Of a DNA stretch of 63,504 nt, positions 45,543 through 53,679 are shown one piece after another. The position numbers and the translations under genes are program-made. Origin of the DNA: an uncultured Verrucomicrobiota bacterium (GTDB lineage Bacteria > Verrucomicrobiota > Verrucomicrobiia > Limisphaerales > UBA9464); the NCBI GenBank assembly GCA_903880005.1, contig CAIRNV010000002.1:1-63504 (forward strand). Direction: 5' to 3'. The notes under the pieces were generated by a model that was not told the DNA's origin, did no database searches, and worked only from the letters and a program-made list of their open reading frames with translations. Each line of letters begins with the position of its first letter. Position 1 is the stretch's first letter.

Positions 45543-47183
45543 TCACGGTGAAGGCAGCCGCTTCAGCAGGTAAGCCCGCCGCTGGTCCGCGAAGTTCTTC
45601 AGCCCCATCGAGCCGCCGCCGCCCGGCCCGAACCCCGTGCCCGCATGGTCCTCCGTCAGGCTCGTCTCGAAGGCCTCCGTGGACTCCAGCTTGCGCGTGT
45701 CCAACCGAACCTCCGCCGCGATCAAGTCGTGATACCGCTGCGCCACCGGCCCCAGCGTCTTCCAGTCCAGATGCTTGTCCGCCATCTGCCGCACCAACGC
45801 CAGATACCGTTCCCTCAACGACGGCACCGCCAGCAACTTCGACAGCAACGGCTTCGCCGCATCATTGGCCGCCACCAACGGATCCAGCTCCACCCCCATG
45901 CCCCCTCTCCCACCACCCGGTCCGCCCGGTCCACCCGGTCCACCCGGTCCACCCGGTCCACGCCGCCGTCCACCCGCCCGCGTGAACGTCTCGTTGGTGT
46001 CCCCCGGCAGGACATGAAACCTCCCCTGCCCATCCTGGCAAATCAGGTAGTCGCTCGCCCGAACCCAGTAGCCGTCGTTGTTCACCAAGGCGTTCTCCAA
46101 CGCCAGGAAACGCAGCGCCCCCTCGATGTCCAGGATCGGCTCCAATGCCTTCTCCAACTCTCCCGACGGCGTTTGGTTCAGGACCTTGCACAATTGGATC
46201 AGGTCCGCCCAAGCCTTGGGATCCTCCTTGCTCTTGAGGTCGTAGATCTTCTTGTACGGCGCCGGATCCTCGCCCAGGTACTCAAGGCCACCCTTTCCGT
46301 TTGGCGAGCCCGGCACCTTCCAACGCGCGGCCTTCGACGTCTTGAAGTGATGCTGCACGAAGTCCTTGTTGAATTGCTCGAGGCTCGCGTAGATGCCCCA
46401 GGACTCTCCATTGACCACCAACCGGACAAGGTTCGCACGCGGCGCGGGCACGTACTGACGGGCCACCTCGCAGTACAACACCGCCCGCAGGAAGCTCGGG
46501 TCCTCGTGGCTGTTCAACAGGTTCAGGGTCCGGAACCCATCCACCGACTGCCCCTCCTTGAACGCATCCAATGAGATGTTCAACGAACGCTTCCGACCCG
46601 TGCCCACCATCCCGTAGGACGACATCCCACGAAAATGCACCCCGACGTCCTCGTAGGTCTTGCCGTCCACCATCAACCGCGCCGGCACCTCCACATCGGT
46701 GTCATGGAAGGCCTCCAGTTCCTTTTCCCACCCCGGGCCGTCGAACGTCAGGAACAACGTCCGCAACACTCCCGTGTCGTAAAACGCCTTCCCGGCGTGC
46801 GACGTGGCGTCGGCCGGAGACACCCTCGGGCCAGGCTTGGACGGGGCAGCATCTTCCCGACGCGGGCCCCCAGGCCCGAAGCCACCGCGCCCGGGGCCAC
46901 GCCGCTGCGGCCCTCCACCGCTCGCGGCCTCCTTGGCCAGGAACTCGCGCGCCGCGTCTCGCTCCAGCGAATCCAGCTTCTTGTCACCGTTCTTGTCGAA
47001 CTGCTTGAGCAGCTTCCGATCCGGTTGCACCCCGCCCGGAGGCCCCCCAAACCGCCCCCCCGGTCCCCCCGGTCCCCCCGGTCCACCCGGCGGCGGTCCG
47101 TCAGGCAACTGTGAAAACGCCATGCCTGTGGCTAGAGCAGCCGCCAAGGCGGCACGAAGGATGCCAGAGATAGGATGCAACAT
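45543..47183 (-). CDS. CotH kinase family protein with EF-hand-like loop and Gly-Pro repeats, secreted
   Basis: Start at MLHPISGILRAALAAALATGMAFS (47183). EF-hand-like loop: FDKNGDKKLDSLE. CotH-like core: RKRSLNISL..LNLLNSHEDPSFLRAVLYCEVARQYVPAPRANLVRLVVNGESWGIYASLEQF. It is a paralog of 1353-2993. Confidence 0.8.
   Translation of the reverse strand: MLHPISGILRAALAAALATGMAFSQLPDGPPPGGPGGPGGPGGRFGGPPGGVQPDRKLLKQFDKNGDKKLDSLERDAAREFLAKEAASGGGPQRRGPGRGGFGPGGPRREDAAPSKPGPRVSPADATSHAGKAFYDTGVLRTLFLTFDGPGWEKELEAFHDTDVEVPARLMVDGKTYEDVGVHFRGMSSYGMVGTGRKRSLNISLDAFKEGQSVDGFRTLNLLNSHEDPSFLRAVLYCEVARQYVPAPRANLVRLVVNGESWGIYASLEQFNKDFVQHHFKTSKAARWKVPGSPNGKGGLEYLGEDPAPYKKIYDLKSKEDPKAWADLIQLCKVLNQTPSGELEKALEPILDIEGALRFLALENALVNNDGYWVRASDYLICQDGQGRFHVLPGDTNETFTRAGGRRRGPGGPGGPGGPGGPGGGRGGMGVELDPLVAANDAAKPLLSKLLAVPSLRERYLALVRQMADKHLDWKTLGPVAQRYHDLIAAEVRLDTRKLESTEAFETSLTEDHAGTGFGPGGGGSMGLKNFADQRRAYLLKRLPSP
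45913..45957. repeat. 5 tandem copies of a 9-bp unit (CCRCCCGGT) inside the CotH gene
   Basis: Read directly as ccacccggt ccgcccggt ccacccggt ccacccggt ccacccggt. It encodes the (GPG)n stretch GPGGPGGPGGPGGPGG. Confidence 0.85.
47056..47091. repeat. 3-4 tandem copies of 9-bp C-rich unit (CCCCCCGGT) inside the CotH gene
   Basis: Read directly. It encodes the N-terminal PPPGGPGGPGGPGG stretch. Confidence 0.7.
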
Positions 47184-47379
47184 ACGATGCGCTTGCCCCC
47201 TCATGACCGGCCAACGGATGCCCGGTAACATGGGAGTTGCCGACGCCCTAATGCTTCGACGCAGATGGAATCCGAGACCTCACCCGCCGCACGGAGCTAC
47301 GGAATCCTCGCCGCCATGTGCGGACACGCGACCTACGGCGACCTACGGCATGGTCCAAGCGTCCGCTTCCACCGAAGGG

Positions 47380-47679
47380 CTAGGCATCAACGCCTTCGCC
47401 GGCTCGCTCGTGTGTCTCCACCGCCACGGGTGCGTCCACTTCGGCAACCTCGACCACTCGAATCTCCACTCGGTCGCCCACGGCCAAGTCGGCGGTCGGC
47501 CACGTCCCCACCACCACCTGGGGCTCCGGAGTGATGCCGGTGGCTGAAAAGAAAATGCTGACGTCATCCGGCTTGGGCATCGGTATCCGAACGAGCGTCA
47601 GCACGGCTTGGAGCGTCTGGTAATCGCCGCCGACGGTGAAGCGCTTCCGTCCGTTGATGTGAATCTCGAAGGCAATCAT
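47380..47679 (-). CDS. hypothetical small protein (99 aa)
   Basis: This is the only ORF in the 660-bp gap between the MksB-like and CotH genes, and it is co-directional with them. MIAFEIHINGRKRFTVGGDYQ.. looks beta-rich. I recognise no homolog, so coding status is uncertain. Confidence 0.35.
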   Translation of the reverse strand: MIAFEIHINGRKRFTVGGDYQTLQAVLTLVRIPMPKPDDVSIFFSATGITPEPQVVVGTWPTADLAVGDRVEIRVVEVAEVDAPVAVETHERAGEGVDA

Positions 47680-47845
47680 GGCGCGGTGATGGCTACCGAC
47701 TGCATCTCAGCAACCCGGCGCACGGGCGCAGCGGTGGCAACCACGACGTGCCCGCCGGGATCGTTGGTCCGCATGGTTGAGGTGATCCAAGGGGGGCGGG
47801 AGAGGCGCGTTCCTGAACGAGGCCAGCGATTCGTGTATCGAGACG

Positions 47846-50563
47846 CTAGGCGCCCTTCCCCGGCGGCTTGACCGCGATGCGATGGGGTTGTCGCAAGACG
47901 ATCCGCCCTTGGTACGGTTGCAAGAAGTACAACGAGGACACCTCGCTCACCGACTCGGGGGCCGCCGTCAACGCGATGAACCCCAGGCGCCGCGCCGTCG
48001 CCAGGATCGCGTGGCGGTTCGTCGCGTCGAGCGAGTGGATCTCGTCCAGGAAGAAGGGCACCTCGCACAGCAGCGAGTGCGTGGCGTCCTCCCGCAGCAA
48101 GGAACGCAGCACGATCAGGTTGAACAGCACCTTGATCGTGATCGTGGTCCCGTGGGACTCGACCTGCCGAAAGTCGTTGTAGTGATGGGGCCGGCCGTCG
48201 TCGCCCGTCACCGTGAAGCGCAAGGTGAAGAGGTCGGCGTGCCGCAGGAGCGGCGTGGCCTCGAAACGTTGCTTGAACGAGGCCAAGGCCGCGTTGATCC
48301 CGGATTGGGCGTCGAACAGCCCCGGTTGATCAGACTCCGCCAGCTTGCGGAGCGAGCCCACGACGTCCGGTTGCTCCACGACGTCGAGGCGCAGGGAGGC
48401 CAGGTTGGACACCTGGACGCCCGCCAACGCGCGGTTCAATCGGACCGCCGCGCCCTGGATGTCCGCAAGGTCGCGAAGCACCTCGTCGAACTTGGACCGC
48501 ACCTCCGTCACCTGCGTCTCCCAGTCGCGACGCAGGGCGTCCTCACGCTCCGGCAACGCCTCCAGTTCCTCGCGGAGGTTCCTCACCGTCTCGGCGTCGT
48601 CGGCCCCCACGTGGTCGGAGCCCAGCCGCGACTCCACGGCCAGACGAAGCCGCGCCATGGCATCCCCCAGGCGATTGGACTCATCCTGCGCGTGGAGATA
48701 CTGGGCGACCGCGTCGTCGAACTCCTCCGGGATCGGGCGGGACGGCGCGGCGGGGTCGGGAACCGTGTCAGGCCGCAGGCAAAGCGCATGCCGGGACATC
48801 GACGCCTCGTGGGCGCGCCGCAGCTCCACGCGCTCCCGCTCGGCCTCCTCGTGGCGACGCCGCTCGGCGTCCGCTCGCACCACCAGGTCTCGGATACGTT
48901 CCGACACCGACACCAACGACCCGTCGATCCCGGCCAGTTCCGCCTCGTGCCTCGGGAGCAGCGCCAGATCCTGCTGAAGCGCCTCCCACTCGAACATCCG
49001 CTTGCGGGCCGCGTCCTGCTCGGCGCGCAGCGACTGCACGCGCGCGGCCAGCCTCTCGTGCTGCACCAACGCCGCGAGCATCGACTCCCAGTGCGCCACG
49101 CGCTCGTCCTCCTCCGCGATCCGGCGCCGCAACGCCTCGGGATCGGCCAGCTCAGCCAGGGCGCCGGAAGCGTCCGGCAGCGGAATCTCCACGGCGCCGT
49201 CCCGGTAGGCCCCGTCGCGAATGCGGGACGCCACCTCGTGAAGCCGCTGGAGGAGCACCTTGGGCTCCAGGATCCGCACGCCGTCGTCCCCCACGGGCAA
49301 CCCAAGGAGATCCGCGTTGAACAGCGACGCCAGCCCCGCAAGCTGCGCAGGCTCCAAGTCCCGCCGCAGCACCGACACGAGCGCGCGGTCCAGATGCTCC
49401 AGGCTCGCACGCAGCCGCAAGGCCCGCTGGCGATGGGACTCCAGGCTCTGCTCCGCCTGCGCCCGCGAGGCACGGCTGGCATCCGATAGCTGCCGCTCCA
49501 ACGCGTGGATCTCCTTCTCCCGGTTCTCCAGCGCCGCACGCTCCAGCTCCTCCACGAAGTCCGCGAGGCGGCCGCGCCGGTCCCGGATGCGACGAATCTC
49601 CCCCAGCAGCGAGCCCCGCGACTCCGACAACTCGCGCTCCTCGCGCCGCCGGTCGTCGGCCTCCGCGCCCAGCCCGGCCACAAGCCGGAGGGCCGCCTCG
49701 GACGCCTCCGACAACGCCGCCACCCGCGCCTCGTGCAACCGGACCCGCTCGTCCCTCTTGGACCGCAGGTCCGCCCAACGGTAGGACAGCTCGCGCAACA
49801 GCACGCCCCGGCGCTGGTGGGACTCCACGAGCTGGTGCACCGGCTCGCGGGCCTCCTTGAAGCGAACCAACGCATCCCGCCGCCGCAGGATGGACTCGTA
49901 CGTGTCGCCCAGCAGGTCGCGGATGTTGAGCGCCGGCTTGTCCACCGGCAGCCCGGCCAGCATCAGCAGACGATCCCGCATCTGGTCCTGCGTGATCGTC
50001 GCCAGGGACAGCAGGTTCTTCAGCGTCTCGCGGAAGTGCGGGTAGCGGTCGTTGTCTCGCAAGGCCACCAACCCCAGCCCGCGCGCCTCGCCCTTCGTCG
50101 GCATGAGCAGCAGCTCGCGATGCTCCTGCGCGGAGCGCACGAGCGAGAAGTTGCGAAGCGCCAGGCGGGCCGCCACGGCCCTCGGCTCGCGCACTTGATG
50201 GCCCTCGTCGAGAAAGTCCTCGGGATCGAACGGCCCGTCGTAGATGAAGCGCTCAGGCTCCCCGCCCGCCGCCCTCGCCTGGCCGCGCCAGCCCAGCACG
50301 CACTGTCCACGCGACCCCAGGCACTGGAACAACACGTAGGAATACGGCCCCGGGAAGTAGTAGTCGCGCGTCTGCTCCGGCGTGTACGAGCCAAAGTCCA
50401 TGTGCCGCCGGTCGTCCAGGTACAGGAACTGCAACGTGTTGATCAGCGTCGTCTTGCCCGTGTTGTTCGGCCCGACGATCTGCACGGAGCCCGTCAGGTC
50501 GATCTCCGCGAAGTCATATCGGCCGGCACGGATGAGGATGAGCTTTTGGGGGCCTTGGGGCAT
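47846..50563 (-). CDS. mksB: MukB/MksB-like SMC-family ATPase (JetC-like)
   Basis: Start at MPQGPQKLILIRAGRYDF (50563), 11 nt after the upstream stop. Walker A: GPNNTGKTT. There are about 600 aa of Arg/Glu/Leu-rich coiled-coil-type sequence, interrupted centrally by a non-helical segment (..FNADLLGLPVGDDGVRILEP..). The C-terminal head has ESHGTT (signature-like) and PFFLDEIHSLD (Walker B). Confidence 0.7.
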   Translation of the reverse strand: MPQGPQKLILIRAGRYDFAEIDLTGSVQIVGPNNTGKTTLINTLQFLYLDDRRHMDFGSYTPEQTRDYYFPGPYSYVLFQCLGSRGQCVLGWRGQARAAGGEPERFIYDGPFDPEDFLDEGHQVREPRAVAARLALRNFSLVRSAQEHRELLLMPTKGEARGLGLVALRDNDRYPHFRETLKNLLSLATITQDQMRDRLLMLAGLPVDKPALNIRDLLGDTYESILRRRDALVRFKEAREPVHQLVESHQRRGVLLRELSYRWADLRSKRDERVRLHEARVAALSEASEAALRLVAGLGAEADDRRREERELSESRGSLLGEIRRIRDRRGRLADFVEELERAALENREKEIHALERQLSDASRASRAQAEQSLESHRQRALRLRASLEHLDRALVSVLRRDLEPAQLAGLASLFNADLLGLPVGDDGVRILEPKVLLQRLHEVASRIRDGAYRDGAVEIPLPDASGALAELADPEALRRRIAEEDERVAHWESMLAALVQHERLAARVQSLRAEQDAARKRMFEWEALQQDLALLPRHEAELAGIDGSLVSVSERIRDLVVRADAERRRHEEAERERVELRRAHEASMSRHALCLRPDTVPDPAAPSRPIPEEFDDAVAQYLHAQDESNRLGDAMARLRLAVESRLGSDHVGADDAETVRNLREELEALPEREDALRRDWETQVTEVRSKFDEVLRDLADIQGAAVRLNRALAGVQVSNLASLRLDVVEQPDVVGSLRKLAESDQPGLFDAQSGINAALASFKQRFEATPLLRHADLFTLRFTVTGDDGRPHHYNDFRQVESHGTTITIKVLFNLIVLRSLLREDATHSLLCEVPFFLDEIHSLDATNRHAILATARRLGFIALTAAPESVSEVSSLYFLQPYQGRIVLRQPHRIAVKPPGKGA

Positions 50564-50574
50564 GAGGGCAGGGG

Positions 50575-51156
50575 TCAGGGTGCAGGGGTCGGGGTGCGGT
50601 CGGCCGCCGTCTCGCCGGCCTTCGCCGCGCCCGCAGCGGGCGACGACGCCTGGGCGGCCAGCTCGAGGCACTTGTCCAGCAGGCGGTGAAAGGGGCGGAG
50701 AAACTGGAACTCGTCCTCGCCCAGCACCTTGGCGAAGCCGAACCGCTCCAGGTTGCGAACCACCTGCCGCAACCCGGACACCTCCTCCACGTCCACCTGC
50801 CGCAGCAGCCCGACGTATCGGTCCAACGCCAAATGCGGCAGGCGCGAGATCAGGAAGTGCTGGCCAAAGATGTACTCCTCGATGGGCCGCCCCTCGTTGG
50901 CCGCATGGTCCACCAGGATGAACGAGAACACCGCGATGCGGGACAACGTCTCGCGCTCACCCTCGCCCGCGTCGGGCTCGAAGTAGAAGAAGTCGCGCGG
51001 GTGCCGCACCAACGTGATGCCCAGCTGCCGGAACCACGACGCATACTCGTCGTGCCGGGCCGCCACCGCCGAGAACATGGGCTCGTCCTCCGGCGACAGG
51101 TGATGGCCGCGACGCAGCCGGTCGAAGACTTCTCGTAGATGGGGAAGCTCGGTCAT
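50575..51156 (-). CDS. mksE: MukE/MksE-like condensin accessory subunit (JetB-like)
   Basis: ATG 51156 overlaps the upstream stop (ATGA). LRRGHHLSPEDEPMFSAVAARHDEYASWFRQLGITLVRHPRDFFYFEPD parallels the E. coli MukE segment [36 protein letters not shown], recalled from memory. A later LSRIAVFSFILV parallels LSELDMMVGKIL. Confidence 0.7.
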   Translation of the reverse strand: MTELPHLREVFDRLRRGHHLSPEDEPMFSAVAARHDEYASWFRQLGITLVRHPRDFFYFEPDAGEGERETLSRIAVFSFILVDHAANEGRPIEEYIFGQHFLISRLPHLALDRYVGLLRQVDVEEVSGLRQVVRNLERFGFAKVLGEDEFQFLRPFHRLLDKCLELAAQASSPAAGAAKAGETAADRTPTPAP

Positions 51157-52442
51157 GGGTTGCAAAGTTGGACGGGACAGGACTCCAGCTCGCCGTCGGA
51201 CGTGACGTGCACGCGGGCCTCGCCACCCTCGAATCGCGTCGCGAACGAGCGGTCGAACACCAGCCGCGTGAATCCCGCCAGAGCCTCGGACGAGGTGCGG
51301 GCGGGGTGCCGCTTCACCAGCCAGCCCAGAAGGTCGTCGATCGGCAGGCACGCCCGCGCCTCGTCCGGCAAGCCATCCAGCCAGACCCGACGCAGGTAGT
51401 CGGGCGGCAGGTCCTCCGGCGCGTCCAGAGCCAGGACGGGGGGCGGCTCCACCGTCGCCTCCGCCACGTTGCGCAACGCCCGGGTGATCGCCAGGTCCGA
51501 CGGCACATGGTGCCAGCGTTGGATGAAGGCCCGGACGCCATGGGCATCGGCCCATCCCGAGGTTCCATCCTTCTGCAAGGCCTCCAACGCCTTCGCCGCG
51601 CCCTCGGCAAGAAACGAGGAACGCCGCAGCGAGTCGTACAGGGGCTGCAATTCGCGCCGGCACTGCTGGAAGACCCTCAGGGCATGGCGCTGGACGATCC
51701 GCAACAGCCGCAGGCTCCGCTCCATCGTGGGAAGGTCCGTGAACAACCCCTGCTCCCGCGCCCGAACCAGCAGCCGCCCCGTCTCGTCGAACACCGACCT
51801 CAACGGCCCGTCCGGTCGCACCACGTCCGACATCGGCTCCACGTACCGCTCCATCCAGTGGACGATCCGCCGGAACTTGTCCCGGACCGAGATCGTGCGG
51901 CGCTCGGTCTTGTAACGGGACACCTCGTTCAAGATGCACCGATGCGTCTCGTCCAGGTCCGCCTGCACCCGCAGCAGCGTCCGCTGGATGTCGTCGATCG
52001 CCAGGCGCAGGAGGGTCAGCTCCTCCTGGTCAATCGCCCGCGCCAACTGGCGGCCGCTCGCCTCGAGGGACTGGATGTAGCCGCGGACCATCTCCGGCGT
52101 CGCGGCCTGCGCGGCGTCGAACAGGTAGTCCAGCAACCGCCGCACCGGCTCCGCCAGGAAGTGGAAGTCGGACCCGGGCTCGCTCGGGACTAGGATGTGC
52201 AGCTCCGTCAGGCGCCGCCACGTCGTGTCCGGCAGCTCGCCACCCTCGTCCTGAGTGTCGCGAATCATCCGGCGCACGTCCGCCTCGGACATCTCGCCGC
52301 CCGCCGCGGCCAAGCGCCGCAGCAGGGGCACGTGGCCCTCGCAGAACCGGAAGAACGACTGGGGTGGTATCCTCATCAACCCTCGCCCGGACGCGACCAG
52401 GCGGGCCGACATCCTGCCGAGTCCCACCACAACGTCCAGCAT
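51153..52442 (-). CDS. mksF: MukF/MksF-like kleisin candidate (JetA-like)
   Basis: First gene of the operon, 429 aa (alternative ATG 52376). LLRRLAAAGGEMSEADVRRMIRD resembles E. coli MukF [27 protein letters not shown], from memory. The long helical middle, the position, and the size all fit MukF/MksF. Confidence 0.6.
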   Translation of the reverse strand: MLDVVVGLGRMSARLVASGRGLMRIPPQSFFRFCEGHVPLLRRLAAAGGEMSEADVRRMIRDTQDEGGELPDTTWRRLTELHILVPSEPGSDFHFLAEPVRRLLDYLFDAAQAATPEMVRGYIQSLEASGRQLARAIDQEELTLLRLAIDDIQRTLLRVQADLDETHRCILNEVSRYKTERRTISVRDKFRRIVHWMERYVEPMSDVVRPDGPLRSVFDETGRLLVRAREQGLFTDLPTMERSLRLLRIVQRHALRVFQQCRRELQPLYDSLRRSSFLAEGAAKALEALQKDGTSGWADAHGVRAFIQRWHHVPSDLAITRALRNVAEATVEPPPVLALDAPEDLPPDYLRRVWLDGLPDEARACLPIDDLLGWLVKRHPARTSSEALAGFTRLVFDRSFATRFEGGEARVHVTSDGELESCPVQLCNP

Positions 52443-52531
52443 CCGAAATCCAGCCCCAGCCGCCCGGCAACCTCCTCGGGGCCGGGCTTGACCCGGGGCC
52501 GCAGGACATGGCTAAGTTCTCCCAGCGTCGC

Positions 52532-52624
52532 GGAGAGGTGGCCGAGTGGCTGAAGGCGCTGGTTTGCTAAACCGGTTTACGGCCAAAAGCCGTAACGAGG
52601 GTTCGAATCCCTCCCTCTCCGCCA
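52532..52624 (+). tRNA. tRNA-Ser (anticodon GCT)
   Basis: Acceptor GGAGAGG/CCTCTCC; anticodon arm CTGGT-TTGCTAA-ACCGG; long variable arm TTTACGGCCAAAAGCCGTAAC; T arm GAGGG-TTCGAAT-CCCTC; discriminator G plus encoded CCA. Total 93 nt. Confidence 0.95.
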
Positions 52625-52914
52625 ATCTCCCCAAACGCCCCAATACCAAGGCTTTCCAACAAAACCATGGCGGGCCGCGAGGCCGAAACTCTAAGCATCC
52701 GCCCCGCATCCCCCATGGCGTTTCAAGCGGCTTCAAGGGAGTTCAACTGTTTCGCCGTGTTGCGTGGGAACCGTCCCCGTCATCGATCCCGCGAGGGCCA
52801 CGTCCTGCGCCACCAGCGCACCGTGGATGCGCCCAGTACCCGCAGGGCGATGGTTGCCTCCATCTCCATCCTGCGCCGCCAGATCCTCCCCGGGCCGTCG
52901 AGGGCACCGCTGGC

Positions 52915-52944
52915 TCGAATCCCTCCCTCTCTGCCATTCTCCCC
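52915..52944 (+). repeat. duplicated 3' end of tRNA-Ser (att-like direct repeat / tRNA fragment)
   Basis: TCGAATCCCTCCCTCTCTGCCATTCTCCCC compared with 52603-52632 TCGAATCCCTCCCTCTCCGCCAATCTCCCC gives 28/30 identity. Weaker similarity (GCCGT..CGAGGG) extends about 25 nt upstream with an indel. The T-stem cannot pair, so this is not a functional tRNA. Confidence 0.8.
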
Positions 52945-53012
52945 GTTCAAATCCCCCCGCCCAAAATCCCTTCTCGCCATGCCTCGCCGGCAACGGGCAT
53001 CCTTTCGCTGAA

Positions 53013-53321
53013 ATGTCCGGATCGACGACTGGGGAAAAAGCCAGCAAGGGCAACGTGGCCTCGCGTGACGTGGTGGTGAAAAACCGCCAAGGCATCCATG
53101 CGCGGCCCTCCGCCGCCTTCGTGAAGCTCGCGGCTCAGTTCCGATGCGAGGTCATCCTCGAAAAGGACGGCGAGGCCATCAACGGCAAGAGCATCATGGG
53201 CCTCCTCATGCTCGCCGCCGGACCCGGGTCCCGCGTCCGCATCGTCTGCGACGGCGACGACGCCCTCGCCGCCGTCGAGCAGTTGGCGGCGCTCGTCAAC
53301 GGCGGCTTCGGCGAACTGTGA
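53013..53321 (+). CDS. ptsH: HPr family phosphocarrier protein
   Basis: Contains NRQGIHARPSAAFV (His15 site) and INGKSIMGLLML (Ser46 site). Track ORF trimmed to MSGSTTGEK. Confidence 0.85.
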   Translation: MSGSTTGEKASKGNVASRDVVVKNRQGIHARPSAAFVKLAAQFRCEVILEKDGEAINGKSIMGLLMLAAGPGSRVRIVCDGDDALAAVEQLAALVNGGFGEL

Positions 53322-53370
53322 CGCCCGCCGCCCCCGGGCAGGCTTTCATCACCGCAACAGCAAGGGTTTC

Positions 53371-53652
53371 ATGTCGGACTTCAACATTCATTACGTGGCG
53401 CGGCTGGCCCGTGTGGCCCTGACGCCGGAGGAGGAGCAACGACTCGGCGGGCAGCTCGGCAACATCCTCGGCTACATCGAGAAGCTCCGCACCGTGGACG
53501 TCTCCGGCGTCGAGCCCATGTCCCACGCCTTCCCCCTCGCCAACGTCTCGCGACCCGACGAGCCCAGGTCGTCCCTGTCGCACGACGACGCCCTCCGCAA
53601 TGCCCCGTCGCGTTCCGGCGGGTTGTTCGTGGTCCCCAAAATCGTCGAGTAA
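53371..53652 (+). CDS. gatC: Asp-tRNA(Asn)/Glu-tRNA(Gln) amidotransferase subunit GatC
   Basis: VARLARVALTPEEEQRLGGQLGNILGYIEKL..VDVSGVEPM. 93 aa, directly upstream of gatA. Confidence 0.92.
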   Translation: MSDFNIHYVARLARVALTPEEEQRLGGQLGNILGYIEKLRTVDVSGVEPMSHAFPLANVSRPDEPRSSLSHDDALRNAPSRSGGLFVVPKIVE

Positions 53653-53679
53653 CCCCGATCCCATCCCGGACGCCCCTCC

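Noticed and set aside
45913-45957. Short regularly spaced repeats, considered as a possible CRISPR-like or other array
   Set aside because: The units are 9 bp, contiguous (no spacers), in frame, and inside a gene with CotH motifs on both sides. They simply encode a Gly-Pro linker. No CRISPR array was seen anywhere in the window.
52443-52531. Divergent promoter region: TTGACC at 52488-52493 with a weak -10 (CTAAGT/TAAGTT) 18-19 nt downstream, ahead of tRNA-Ser. A similar TTGACG lies at about 27397 ahead of tRNA-Asn.
   Set aside because: The -35 boxes are good but the -10 matches are only about 3/6. The promoter consensus for this lineage is not known to me, so the evidence is not strong enough to list these as features.
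52880-52944. Possible second tRNA gene downstream of tRNA-Ser
   Set aside because: Only the 3' ~30-45 nt resemble tRNA-Ser. The T-stem 5' half (GCTGG) cannot pair with CCCTC, and there is no matching 5' acceptor strand, D arm or anticodon arm upstream. It is reported instead as an att-like repeat/tRNA fragment.
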